Shown: piece after piece, positions 14,080-27,938 of the stretch
How the letters are laid out: each line of letters begins with the position of its first letter
Numbering within the stretch: the first letter of the stretch is position 1
NCBI RefSeq assembly: GCF_001194135.2
Contig: NC_068981.1
Span: 177,973,942 to 178,037,941 of the forward strand
From: Octopus bimaculoides
Lineage: Eukaryota
Length of the DNA: 64,000 nt
Reading direction: 5' to 3'
The notes under the pieces: model-generated
Seen by the model: only the letters and a program-made list of their open reading frames with translations
Database searches by the model: none
What the model was told of the DNA's origin: nothing
Program-made: the position numbers and the translations under genes

Positions 14080-16110
14080 GGACAGGTCCTTTCCAGCAGA
14101 GCATCTGACTATTAGTTACAGTGCTTTGCCATCTCCTTTGTAAGATTCAGTATTCTAAGATCAGTCTTCGCCACTTGTTCCTGTGTCCTTTCCACTTGGA
14201 TTGTTTAGCACTTCTTTACCCAACTGTCGTCCTTGATGTACATCACATGTCTATACCTATACATTACAGGTGATTCTACTTATACCCACATTTCTTTTCA
14301 ACTCATTTATACTCTGTCATCCATGCACACTAATACTGTGCATCCAACAAAGCATGCTTGCTTCATTTCTTCCAATTATTTGCAAATCCTTAGCAGTCAT
14401 GCCCATTTTATGCTGCCATGCAATGTTGTACTTCATATACAAAACGCGAAAGAATTTGAATTTCACTTGGAGAATTTCAGCTTAATATTAGCAGAAGCAA
14501 TAGCTTCCCTGAACATCTTCCATCCCTTTCCTTACTTTGTTATGAAACACTCATCTTTACTGCCACTAAAGTCATCTGGTATCACCTACACTAGACACCT
14601 CGAAATGGTTGTAATCACACTGGTCACCTTGTAAGGACAAATGTTGATCAGTGAATAGATGACAGTGGACATCTCAGTCTCAGAGGAACTGTTCCGTGTT
14701 GTGGAAGGTAGGGATGAGTGAAGGTTCTGGGTCAAGTAAATCTAAGTAAACTCGACACCACCATGACATAGTGTTGGATAAAATTAGTAGATATATTATG
14801 TAGCACAGCATAATGCTGAAATATAACACCTAACAGATCAGTAATTTATGAATCAAACTAGTTATCGATCAAGCTAACTGCCAAGGTATTAATATATCAG
14901 ACTTACTCAAGTTCTAAGTAATAGTAGGTTTATAAGCAGTGTCCCCTTGTATAGTTAAAGAAGCCACTTGGTTGCTTGCAAAATTCCAACACAAGATTGA
15001 AATTAGTCCAAGTGACTCCTCTTACATGTAGTTTGTCTTTCCTCTCATTATCACTCTATCATTTATATACATCAATATTATACACCCAATGGAGGTTGCT
15101 CCCTTTTTCTTTTCTCCTGGCTTTGCATATCCTCCACATTTAATGCTGCATGATAGCATTTTTGGTGATATGCAATCAGCATATTACTGAAAGAAAGAAT
15201 CCCTTTGTAGTCTGCAGAAGAAATACCTCCCTAAACATTTACTACCCCATTCTTATTTTGTCTACTGTGCTTTTGGAACATCCAACTGCACTCCTTGTTA
15301 AGACATCAAGGAAACAAAAGCTAACAACCTCAATGGAGCCTACAAAACATTCAAAAGAACTTATTTCATAAGTCTCTTACTTCTAACTATTCCTGTGTAT
15401 CTGTTTCTTACTTCATAACCAGCTCTTATGTACTCATGGTTGGTACACACAGTGTTCCTTCCTACTCCTTCTCTGCATATTGAACATAGCCATTTCCCAA
15501 ATGACAGAAAAGTCCCATCTTCTTTCTTGTAAACTAAAACTTTTGTCATTGCTAGGTTTATTCACTTATTTCTCAATTATAGGCTTTGCATCCATATTTG
15601 GAATTTCTTTTCCAATTCTTCAATAGCCTCTACCCTGAGAACTTACTATTAGTACTCAAGAGTTCCTATGGACAGCTGGTCTTAAACTTCTTCGTTGTGT
15701 CCTGAAGCACTAACAAACAGGAGGGGCTGAATACTGTTTCTGATAGATACTTTTCTTGCACGCATTGCTAATTCTAATCTTGCTAACAGCTTGGTTCTTA
15801 CAAACAATTTATCTACACCTAATTTTCTTAGCAACACTACACTATAGAGTATTGTACCCTGTCAAAAGCCTCTATCAGGTCACTAAAAGCTTAGTAATAG
15901 AAGCATATTCTTCTCTGTAGTTGACTCACTAGAAGAAAGCATCAGTGGTATCCTGTCCTGGTACAAACCTATACTGCATCTCATCTAAGCTAATTATTTG
16001 CACTATAACACTTTCTATTACAAAAGTAATTTTCACACCCTTACTCATCAATTTGTGCCTCTGTAATTGTTCTTTCTGGAACATCCTTTTTGTTGGTGTA
16101 GCAGTTGATG
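14080..16110 (-). mobile_element. Older, fragmented RTE LINE remnant of the same type
   Basis: Minus-strand RT motifs in the expected order: QYRFVPGQDTTDAFF (~15960), KKFKTSCP (~15680), TKVLVYKKEDG...GKWLCSICREGVGRN (15549-15450), then the C-terminal LERNEASML..WM / RRL.WYGHV-like region at 14080-14400. Confidence 0.75.
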
Positions 16111-17372
16111 AACACACACACACACACACACTCTCTCTCTCTCTCTCTCTCTCTCATGTTAAAGAGGAAGTCATGGATAAAGCAATGAAATATATCATAA
16201 TATAAATATCTATAAATTATTTATATTTATTCAAAACACTAATTAATTTCAAGAAAGAAACATATCAAGTAGCCCTTGTACTTTGTAAAACAAATAACTT
16301 AAGATTTTTATTTACAAGCTTTCTATAAGGAGGTTAAAATAAGCCAAAATATTTTTCAACAGACTGAACACATTTGCTAACATATTTTCACCAGAGAACT
16401 ATCAATCAAGCTAAGATTGTATATTCAATATAATGCTGAGCTGTCAAATGTTGCTAGAACCCAAAAGACAGCTGTGACATCAACACTATCCAATATTTGT
16501 GACTCATTGCAGCAGAGTATAAGCTACAGGAAAAGATCAATAGATTTATGTGTATAGCCAACTAGATGATTATGTTGGCAGAACAAACAAACGAAACATC
16601 AAAATTATATATTAGCCATACAAAATCTTTTAATAAAATATTTAATGTCATTAAACAAATTATCAAAATAAAAGAGTATTTTACTGAATATTACATAACA
16701 AAATGCTCAGGGAGAGAAGTGGGAGAGTTCAAGCTGTTTGAAAGAGAGAGACTTAATGCCCAAGTTTATAGCATAATTAGGAATATATAGATCTGTCTGA
16801 CAGTTACTGAATGTTCATGAGTTCCATATACATAGGATAGAACTAACATGTTATTGTGGGTATCTGCATGAGGTCAGAGAGCTTGCTAAGTGAATCATTA
16901 ATTTGATAAAATTTCTGATGTATGACCAAATTCCTCTGTATTGTGAAAATAGATAGGAATATAAATTACAGAAACCTGTAAGGTCACTAGGAGAATAGTA
17001 ATGTCAATATTAAGATTGGTGGCAGCTATAATACAAAAAGACTGGTTGGGGGTAACTCAATAACAGGAAATATACTTTCACAATTTTTGGAATGTATTGA
17101 ACAATTTTAGCACTATTACAGCACACATATATACACATATTGATAGAAAATCTTCCACATGACAAAAAGGAAATAAATTAGACAATAGTGAGAGTGTGTT
17201 TTGAAGCAGAAAATAAGTAACATATTAGCGTGTGCTTTTTTCTCCGCAGACATTGATATGCAGATGTTCAAAATGAACATCAACTACAACAACCCTACCT
17301 AGCTCAGAGGGTCTGTAAATCTGTAAAAGCCATAGACACTACTTTTCCTTTTTTGACTATCTTGTGTTTGTG

Positions 17373-17377
<5 letters not shown>

Positions 17378-17437
<60 letters not shown>

Positions 17438-18306
17438 NNNNNNNNNNNNNNNNNNNNNNNNNNNNNNNNNNNNNNNNNNNNNNNNNNNNNNNNNNNNNNN
17501 NNNNNNNNNNNNNNNNNNNNNNNNNNNNNNNNNNNNNNNNNNNNNNNNNNNNNNNNNNNNNNNNNNNNNNNNNNNNNNNNNNNNNNNNNNNNNNNNNNNN
17601 NNNNNNNNNNNNNNNNNNNNNNNNNNNNNNNNNNNNNNNNNNNNNNNNNNNNNNNNNNNNNNNNNNNNNNNNNNNNNNNNNNNNNNNNNNNNNNNNNNNN
17701 NNNNNNNNNNNNNNNNNNNNNNNNNNNNNNNNNNNNNNNNNNNNNNNNNNNNNNNNNNNNNNNNNNNNNNNNNNNNNNNNNNNNNNNNNNNNNNNNNNNN
17801 NNNNNNNNNNNNNNNNNNNNNNNNNNNNNNNNNNNNNNNNNNNNNNNNNNNNNNNNNNNNNNNNNNNNNNNNNNNNNNNNNNNNNNNNNNNNNNNNNNNN
17901 NNNNNNNNNNNNNNNNNNNNNNNNNNNNNNNNNNNNNNNNNNNNNNNNNNNNNNNNNNNNNNNNNNNNNNNNNNNNNNNNNNNNNNNNNNNNNNNNNNNN
18001 NNNNNNNNNNNNNNNNNNNNNNNNNNNNNNNNNNNNNNNNNNNNNNNNNNNNNNNNNNNNNNNNNNNNNNNNNNNNNNNNNNNNNNNNNNNNNNNNNNNN
18101 NNNNNNNNNNNNNNNNNNNNNNNNNNNNNNNNNNNNNNNNNNNNNNNNNNNNNNNNNNNNNNNNNNNNNNNNNNNNNNNNNNNNNNNNNNNNNNNNNNNN
18201 NNNNNNNNNNNNNNNNNNNNNNNNNNNNNNNNNNNNNNNNNNNNNNNNNNNNNNNNNNNNNNNNNNNNNNNNNNNNNNNNNNNNNNNNNNNNNNNNNNNN
18301 NNNNNN

Positions 18307-18360
<54 letters not shown>
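17378..18360. repeat. (GT)n and (TA)n(CA)n microsatellites flanking N-gap 17438-18305
   Basis: Direct reading. Confidence 0.95.
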
Positions 18361-18367
<7 letters not shown>

Positions 18368-20247
18368 GTATATAAAGCTGAGGCAACTGAAACAAGAGCT
18401 TAATTTTTGCTTTTTCATCTTTTAATGTATATGAAGTGAATTTGTTCAAAACAAAGTCACTTTGTAAACACTACTAACATCCTTGAGAAAGGTGTGAACA
18501 TCACACAAAACTCATTCTCCTCTTTGGTAAAAATATAGTAAATGGCCTGAGATCTATAGAGAAAAGGAATGAGTTTGCACATTTCACAACATGGTTCCTT
18601 AAATTCATAGTGGCATATGATAACAAATATACAAATAAGAATACTATTGACTACTAATGCAATATTCTATGATGCAATAGTGATAATTATAAACTTCTAA
18701 TTATGATGAAGGTACAAAGCCCTAGGTTTATAGAAAAACATAATATTTATCTTTTCTAAAGAGTATTTGATGCATAAATAAAAGAAATCAATTGATATTC
18801 AAAACCAGCTCCCAGACTTGGTTTTGCCGGCATGACATTGAACAGTAAAACGTTCATCTTCAATTGTATTTCAGAATGATAAAACATTGTAACATTTACT
18901 CAGCATCAACTCTTTCATTGTTTCAACTATTACATAAAACACTCCAACCAAAAATGACTAATCTTTAATATAATCCTGCTCAAAGATTTCAATATACATT
19001 CACTGCAGATTGCCATTTTCTTTACACAGAACAAGCCAATGCAGGTTACAAATCACAGAATATTTACTAATCTCAGAATGTATATTCCCAAGAGATAATT
19101 TTGTTCTGGGTGGCAATCATCTTTGGAAATGGTGACATAACAGACAATATCCTTTAAAAATACTTCATTGAATGAAATGTAGGCATCATATTAATCAGTC
19201 AATTTATGAATGAAATTGTAAATAATATAAGATAATGCGTTTAATTATTTCATTACTAAATCACTTTGATACATTAAGAATTTGCTTCAATTTAGCTCTA
19301 TTGTCATGCTTAATATTTACAAGGCCTTTTTACTGGGACAACAGTAAATATGAGCATATTTTTGTATAACTTCCTTGCCGTTTTCTTCTAGTTTGAATGA
19401 TAAACATTTATTATTAATGTTTAGGAATTTATGGGGAAAAAAAGATAAATACATAAAAATAAATAGTTTGATGCAGCAACTAGAATGTATTTACTGCTGT
19501 CTATAATGACACAAAATATCTGATTTGTTATGTTTCAGTTTCTTTCATTGACTAAATATCCAGTAAACTAAGAGTATTAATTAGCTTATAGTCATCTAAT
19601 GATATGTAAAACATTCCCCTGTAAGTTTCTGTTTCACCATCTCCCCGTTGCTTAATTAGCTTGACAGATCAATATTATCCTCTCTTGTTTGCCTGCCATT
19701 TCTGTTTTCCTCATCCTTCCTGCTTACTAACCCTGCTAGATCAACATCATACTCTATTATTGACAATGGCAATGTATTGGAAACCTCTTTATGTATGCAT
19801 TCAGTTGTACACAATGCAGTCCAATACAAAAATAATTTTCACTTCATTCATTTCCTACATCCCTTAACTCTGCCTAATGGTTAATGTAGAAGTGAATAAA
19901 TTCATAGCTTTGTATATCATAGCAAGTATCACACTGGCAACTTTGGACAAATGCTTAACCCTTTCTTTCTTCAGCTTAAATAGCTGGAAATTAAGAACTA
20001 AGGTAGTTATGGCAGCACATCAGACTAGACAGGACAACTGATAAGTAATTCTGTCATTTGTTGTTTCTTGTTTAAGTTGATTTATATTTTAGTCTTCTTG
20101 AATTGAAACATACCGGGGATAAATGGTTTAAAAAATGTAGATCAATATACACAAGTGTACTGATTTATACCATTTTAAAGTATAGTACCTCTAAATCTAT
20201 ATAAACATTCCACCAGGATAAATGGCTTCTTTTCTACCTTGCATCAA

Positions 20248-20476
20248 TCCTATTGTTACCAAACCATCTGAAACTACCCTTAGTTCTATGATACAAATTC
20301 CCTGTTTTAAAATGAGCCTTACTTAAAATTATCTATTAAAAAAAAATTCATGCCAATTTATGTTCCAAACACTGGTTTAATACTGAGAATGTTATTTATT
20401 TTAATAAATACTTTGTTATTTTCAAAATTAATTGAAACAAAGACTATATTTCAACAGAAAAATGGAAACAAAAGAG
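20248..20476. mobile_element. Degenerate MITE of another TTAA-ended family
   Basis: Ends AAAAGAG|TTAA; the left end TCCTATTGTTACC is a degenerate inverse. Confidence 0.35.
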
Positions 20477-21204
20477 TTAACAGACTGTCATCATTCTAGC
20501 ATTATCAAAAACAGCATAGTTATTGAAATCACATTTTTAAATCCTGTGCACTACAGGGAGAGCATGAGCCATAGGTTGTTTGTTAGGCCACAGAAATAAA
20601 AAGAGATTAAACTAGATTAATAAAATACGATTGAAGTACATGAACCATCCATACATATTCAGTTGCACACAATACAAGCAAAGCATTTATGTAGGATTAT
20701 ATTAGAAAAATAATAAAAACCATGGTAATTTTGAAACAAGTTAACATAATGATAACCTTTTGTTAAATAGGATTTTAATTGTTTTCAATTCATTTTCTAA
20801 TATCTTTTTTTCTTTTCAAAACATACAAATCAAACAAATAGATCTGTTTTCATTTTTAACCATAATTAACCACTCATGTAATTTTTCTCCAGCATGTTAA
20901 CAAGCAAATTAGATACTATTCAAAAGCAGACACAAAATAGCTGATAAAGTATTAGACGCTCTGCTCATAAGTTTTCAATTCAAATCCATTTCAGATGTTT
21001 TATCATGTTTCTAGGCAGAACACTACATTCTATGCTGCCTCAGTTCATCTCGTTGTTGAGTATAGGTTAATACCTATCATTTGGAACTGTTACTTGTACT
21101 AGACGGGCATCCTATCCAATGGGAGATTTATCTTGTCAGTTTTATGCAATTAAACTGAAGCTAAGCATTTGTCCTTGAAAGTTCATTGGGATTTATCTTT
21201 TTAT

Positions 21205-21400
21205 CATTTACTTGTTTCAGTCCTTGGACTGCAGCCATGTTGGGGTATGGCCTTCAACGGTTTAATCAAGTAAATCAATCCTATTTCTTATTCTATCAGT
21301 CTGTTTTGGGAAACCACTAAGTTTAGGAAACATAAACAAACTAACACCAGTTGTCAAGCAGCGGTTGGGGGACACAGAAATAAATACACATGCATATATG
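21205..21400 (+). repeat. TTGTTTCAGTCATT...GCAGCCATGCTGG interspersed repeat. Others ~10200-10345(-), 56605-56710, 58735-58850, 61850-62300
   Basis: The same 5' block and ACTAAG...GTAAAC...GTTGTC block recur in the window. Confidence 0.75.
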
Positions 21401-22059
21401 CAGTGATGGAAGACAAACACAAATATGCACACAAACGCAAACATATATATGTATATGTACACGTGTGTGTGCATGCATGTGTGCTCATGCGTGCACACAC
21501 AACAGACTTCTTTCAGTTTCCATCTGCCAAATCCATTCACAAGGCTCAAGGTTATAATAGAAGACACTTGCCTAAGGTGCTACACAGTGGGGGTTTGCCC
21601 AGAACTATGTGGTTGGTTAACAAGCTTCTTACCACACAGTCACTTCTGCACCTATATATGAAGTTTCATTCTGAAAATCTTCTTTCTGGAAAATTTTCTT
21701 TCTCACTATCTTATATTCGCGCTAAATACTAACCTCCAAAATTTCAAAATCTGTATGAACTGCCTCATTCTCTCATACATCTTCCCAAATTTTACAGCCT
21801 GAAAAGCCATTGCCAGGGTTTAAGGGACAATAAATACCCTTATAATTCAAGTATAGCAACATTACCAACAACAAAATGTTAAGTATCTTTTCTTGAAGTT
21901 CAAGTAGAAATTTTGTTTCAACCAATTTATGGTTACAGATTTCATTATGATACAGTAAATTAATAATCTGTAGAACAAGAACAGCAAGTTTACAATCAGG
22001 AAACGGCTACATTTCAATTTACTGAGCATGAGTAAGTTATGTAAAAAAAAAAAACTACT

Positions 22060-22061
<2 letters not shown>

Positions 22062-22110
<49 letters not shown>
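22062..22110. repeat. (GT)n microsatellite. Others: (CA)n 23808-23881, (GT)n(CT)n 33491-33578, (GA)n 38090-38227, (GT)n(GA)n 39074-39156, (GT)n 42570-42615, (GACA)n 48245-48308, (GT)/(TA)/(CA) 57597-57728, (TAT)n 59155-59208
   Basis: Direct reading. Confidence 0.97.
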
Positions 22111-22113
<3 letters not shown>

Positions 22114-23815
22114 TTGTTTTGCTGAATCAAAAAAAATGACATCATAGTGCTTTAACCTGAGTTATTATCTACAGTAAAACATTCAAACATTAGATATTTT
22201 ATTCTAAGATACAGATGAAATTCAAAGTAAAAAAAAAAAGAGAGAGAGAGCTAGAAGAAATATCTCTCATAGAATTAATTTGCATATTAAAAAAAAAGAA
22301 AAAGTATTTTCTTTACGTTACTGATGTTTCTGAAGATTCTGCATCTTCAGCCTATCAGCCTGACCAACCAAGTGAAACTACAAGTATTTTACACTGTCAA
22401 CAATCTCTTGTTTATTTTTGTTTACACTGTCCTTATTCATATCATAAATGCTCAAAGACACTCTTTGAAGTGCTTTTCGCATCATACATGTCTGCATAAT
22501 GAAAGTTACTTAAATCACAAACACTATATCATTAAATTCAGAAACTGAAAATCTCTTGACACAGCATCTTAAAACATTTTAACATGGGCAAACTCTAGCA
22601 CAAGATAATTTTGCATAATTTTCTATATTTACTTTGAAATTGTTCTTATTTAATATGATTCCAAAAAGTTACAAAATATTTTTCACTGACAGTTTGTATA
22701 CAATCTAATATATACAAAATATATACAAAACAGCATAACATCTGAATCCTCCAAATAACTTTAAATTGAAAATTTTCAAGAATATCATATAATATTAGAC
22801 CCTAGTGTTATCACAAATTTTACATAAAATAACGAACTAATCATAAATATGGTGCAACATAACATGCTAAATACTTAAACACCCATTCTTCTCTTACACA
22901 TAAGGAGAAATATTGAGGGAAAAAGAGAAAAAATGAAAAAGATGAAGAAATGTCTTACATAGCAAACATACAGGACTGCTTCTACTTCTGATAAAATCTC
23001 ATGATATTCTTACTTATTGAATTAGAGACATATTCAAAACTTAATTTCCACAAATATAAGCAATGATCTTTAACACATTGTATTCAAAACATTGATATGA
23101 CATGAGGGGATGGCTGCGAGATAAAATATCAAATTTAAGTTCACTGGAATTGAAAGGTTATCCGGAAGCATATAGAATAAATAAAAACCAACAAAATGCA
23201 TGATGGAGATTTGTTTTCATGTGCGTTGTTGAAGCAAAGCACAATTACACTCTATTCATCCAGGTAGATATTAAGCCTCCATAAGAATGAATAAATGTAT
23301 GTATACCCAAATGTAGTTTCACATATACATATATACATACATACACACATATACATATATTACAACACACATGTATATAAACATGTTTTTATTTATTTAT
23401 ACACACACACACCAAGTATGTATATAAACATATATATATATATATATACACACACATACATATTTATATGTATATAGATGACTTTCTTCAATGTTATTCC
23501 AGTTGTCTGATGAAACAAATTACCAAAGCAGATGAGTATTCCAGAGATACTTGTACTCTAAAGGCGATCCTTAGTCTGAATAAGTATGACCACAGCATGT
23601 GGCAAGGATCACCCTTTTGGATTACAGGTAAAGTCCATATGGCAAGCTTTCAGAGTTGCCATCCACCTAATTTCATTCACAAGGTTTAGGCTGACTTGGG
23701 GCAATGGTGATAGACACTTGCCTAAGATGCCACAGAATGGAATGAAACCTGGAATCTCATGACTGCAAAAAGTGCATTTTAATCATTTAGTCACACACAA
23801 AAATGCAAAAACACA

Positions 23816-23884
<69 letters not shown>

Positions 23885-24905
23885 ATGTGCATATATGTAA
23901 TATAAACGTAGCAAACATTAATACACATGCATACTCACAAACATACAGATGCATGATATGCACATGCATTTTGAGTAGGAATGGTGTAATTTCACAATGA
24001 TAGAAAGACATGAAACAAGGGCAGCTTTGACTTAAAAAAAGGAAAGAAAAACGGAAAACTATGTTGATCAGAAAGAACTTGAAAGTTATTTACAAGTTCA
24101 AAATCTCCTTGCTTTATTATAAATATTTTTTGTACTAAGTTAATGAAGCTTCAAATCAACAACAAGCAACAGCATATTTTGTTGAAAGATAATGAGTTAC
24201 AACTTCTATCAGATATAGACAATTAGATATTAACCTTCAATGTATTAATCATGCTAATATTTTATTTATGTTTGTTTCCATGTCTTNNNNNNNNNNNNNN
24301 NNNNNNNNNNNNNNNNNNNNNNNNNNNNNNNNNNNNNNNNNNNNNNNNNNNNNNNNNNNNNNNNNNNNNNNNNNNNNNNNNNNNNNNNNNNNNNNNNNNN
24401 NNNNNNNNNNNNNNNNNNNNNNNNNNNNNNNNNNNNNNNNNNNNNNNNNNNNNNNNNNNNNNNNNNNNNNNNNNNNNNNNNNNNNNNNNNNNNNNNNNNN
24501 NNNNNNNNNNNNNNNNNNNNNNNNNNNNNNNNNNNNNNNNNNNNNNNNNNNNNNNNNNNNNNNNNNNNNNNNNNNNNNNNNNNNNNNNNNNNNNNNNNNN
24601 NNNNNNNNNNNNNNNNNNNNNNNNNNNNNNNNNNNNNNNNNNNNNNNNNNNNNNNNNNNNNNNNNNNNNNNNNNNNNNNNNNNNNNNNNNNNNNNNNNNN
24701 NNNNNNNNNNNNNNNNNNNNNNNNNNNNNNNNNNNNNNNNNNNNNNNNNNNNNNNNNNNNNNNNNNNNNNNNNNNNNNNNNNNNNNNNNNNNNNNNNNNN
24801 NNNNNNNNNNNNNNNNNNNNNNNNNNNNNNNNNNNNNNNNNNNNNNNNNNNNNNNNNNNNNNNNNNNNNNNNNNNNNNNNNNNNNNNNNNNNNNNNNNNN
24901 NNNNN

Positions 24906-25033
24906 CCTGGTTGGAGACCCAACATTCCGAGTTATTTTACAGGGCTTAGAAAAACTGGAAGACTGCTGCAACAAATGAGTGAATCTGAGAGGGGAATATG
25001 TTCAATAAAGTCGTAATTAACTGATCCTCTTGT
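24906..25033 (+). mobile_element. mariner transposase extreme 3' end plus TIR, emerging from an N-gap
   Basis: Reads ILQGLEKLEDCCNK*VNLRGEYVQ*, resembling the mariner C-terminus GI.KL..RW.KCI.L.GDYVE. Ends in ACTGATCCTCTTG|TA. Confidence 0.7.
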
Positions 25034-25568
25034 ATTTCCTTTTACCCAAAGCCAGGAACTTTTTAACACCACCACATATATGTTTGTTCATTTTAAACCT
25101 GCTTTTCATGCTGGTTTATATTGACTTATTCAAGGAATTGTTTTACACCTGGATGCCATCCCTGTTGCTAACCCATGACTATTTTCCAAGTAAAGGTTTT
25201 TTTTTTTTTTATTACACCAGTGTTCAAAAGTGCAGAATATATTGTCCACAGAGAATGTAAACACAACATCCTTATTTTTAATTCAGGTGTCCTCATGCAA
25301 AGACACAGAAATGTTAACATTCATGTATGCATGTGTGCACACAAAATAATTTCCCATTGCATGGGAAATTGTTAAAAATCGTCATCTTCTAAAAGTAGTT
25401 CAGTTGTGAAAAGACTTGCATTGAAATATCTATTTAGGTTTCCAGAAAAAATTTTGGTAAAGTTAAGAGGCCAACACAAAATCACAGCACCTAGGTAAAG
25501 GTGAAGACACCCTTCGGTCATGAACGTCCATGAGATTACAGCTAGAAAGTTACAAGTCCTGGCAGTCA

Positions 25569-25808
25569 CTCATACATACATACCAGCCTTCCCTCTCCAT
25601 GTCACTGATGTTATCCAAGGGAAAGGCAAAGGCCGATACAGCTTGGCACGTGTGATGTCGCAACTCATTTCTGCAGCTGAGTGAACTGGAGCAACATGAA
25701 ATAAAGTGTCTTACTCAAGAACACAACACGCAGCCCAGTCCGGGAACCCAACTCTCTGCCTCATGATTGCGAACCCAATGCTCTAACCACTGAGCTATGC
25801 ACCTTCAT
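25569..25808 (-). mobile_element. Full-length tRNA-derived SINE with (TATG)n tail
   Basis: Reverse head TGAAGGTGCATAGCTCAGTGGTTAGAGCATTGGGTTCGC...GGGTTCCC plus the same core block. Confidence 0.8.
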
Positions 25809-27762
25809 AGGTAATATATCAACTCTGGAGTGCACTATTTTCTTTGTAAATTATAAGCAATATAAAATGTGATCTAACAACAAGTTAAAGAATACCATGC
25901 ATATAAACAACTTTAGGGGGGGGGTGGATCTCTTTTATTTTGGTTAACTGAAATAAATAAATAAATAAATAAAGTGTTGAGCTGTGCTTAGAATTTGAAC
26001 CAACAACTTTGGGGCTAGTAGTTTTAGCCATTCAACCTCCAAAACATTTCCAAAAAAACAGCAGTTTACTTTAACAAGTCAATCCCCACATATCTTAATA
26101 ATTGTCACTACACTTATTTAGACTGAAAGTTAAAAATAAACAGAAAACTTAATGTGACTTGGTTAAATATTTTGTCATTTTTATAAACATTCGTCTTGTT
26201 AGAATATCAACATGTCCATCTTTCAATCTTCTATCACTACTACTGACTTAAGTTTACAAGTATCACTAACACTCATTTTAAGAGATGATATTTGTTTGCT
26301 GTTTTAGGGTTGTTGTTTTTTTTTGGGGGGGGGGGGTAAACAAATAGAAAGCATAGAGGCTTTTATTTCAGTTTTTTTTTTCACTAAAGTATCTAACTTT
26401 ATTCCATTTCCTTAATAAATGGGTGAGTGATTTAAGTAAATTAACATCAACTGAAAATATTAAATTAACCTTTTCTATTATAAATCGTAACATTAAATAT
26501 ATAGCATTTAAGAATTAATTCTTGTTACTTTTGTTGAATAAGAATTAATTTCAAATACCTGTCTCTAACCAACAATGATAGGAGAATTAGAGAGGAACAT
26601 TACATCAATACTGAAATTCTCTTTAGAACAAGACTTGACAAGTTTCAACTATGGTGTTAGTTTCCAGAGTTAATTATCATAACTATAGCAGGTAGGTAGG
26701 CTTGTAGGCAGCTTAGAATATCAAAGTAAACAGTTTAACAGGAAGAAAAAAAAGTAACAAAGTTTGTTTTGGTAGCAGTAGTGGTAGAGAGGTAATGAGT
26801 GACCACAGAAATAGCTTTTGTTCTAAGGTCACCTTCCTATTTTGTCACTGACTTAGTTTAGTGAACACACTTTTGGTGGATCTAGAACAGTAAAATGACT
26901 TGCAAAAAAAGAAAAAAGAAAAAGAAGAAAAAAAATTTACCAAACAAAAGACAAGCTACAACTAATGTTAATAATCTTAAATTAATGATACAAAAATAAA
27001 TCCCACACTGATAATGTACTTTCCATTCTTATTATTCTTTATGGATATTATGCATATAGGTAAATATATAGACATACACACACACGTGGATATACTAGAT
27101 TAAAAAAGTTAAGTGTGTTCTAAAATATTTCACCAGTGAAACAAGAAACAAGAAGGACTTGTTGAAGGACTTCAATCTTTTGTTTGCTTTGGCTTAAATT
27201 TTTCAAAAGAATAAAATCAACAGGCTTTTTATTGCACTTGAAAACTATGCGAATATTAATATAAAAGTAATAACCATGTGATTTATCTGAAAGATTTTAT
27301 CAAGTAACTGCTTAGATAAAGCTATTTTAGAATCATTTGCTCTTTTTTGTACTATTAGAAATAATAACAACTATGACAATGTTTAATTAGTAAAATGCTT
27401 TTATTCAATTAGAATAGAAATCTTTATAATATAGTAGTCTGTGAAATAATAAATTAGATATACTTAGTATATTCCCAAACAAAAGCCTTTTTGATATCCT
27501 GACAAATTACCATGACTTAAAACGGGATCATCAGTTATCTCGAATGTTTAACAGTATATAAATACATATCAATTAAAATTTTTAATTTAAAGAATAAGAG
27601 CAAATAATTTAATAGTGAATAAAATATCGTATCCATTAGAATGAACTTAATTCAAGGTTAAATTACATTTAATGTCGCAATGCATAAGTATAAACCACAG
27701 GAACTGAGAAAACATCTTAGAGTATATAAATGGATAGTCAATTCTGTATAAAGAAAATATAA

Positions 27763-27938
27763 CCCTTTAACATTTAAAATGACCATATCCAGCCTCTCAT
27801 ACCAACCTGAAAATGTCATTCAAAAAATAAACAATCACAGCATTGAAATCTCAAACCTTTGCGATAATGCATTATTCATTCAAAATGATGTGAATATATA
27901 AGCATTACATTTGACAGACTAATCTAAATGCTAAAGGG
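27763..27938. mobile_element. piggyBac-like MITE (CCCT...AGGG termini, 4-bp ATAA flanks)
   Basis: ATAA|CCCTTTAACATTT ... AAATGCTAAAGGG|ATAA; the interior is the reverse complement of 45485-45703. Confidence 0.7.

Noticed and set aside
17378-18360. (GT)n...(CA)n inverted arrangement around a gap
   Set aside because: Common microsatellites in opposite orientation; expected by chance at this density.
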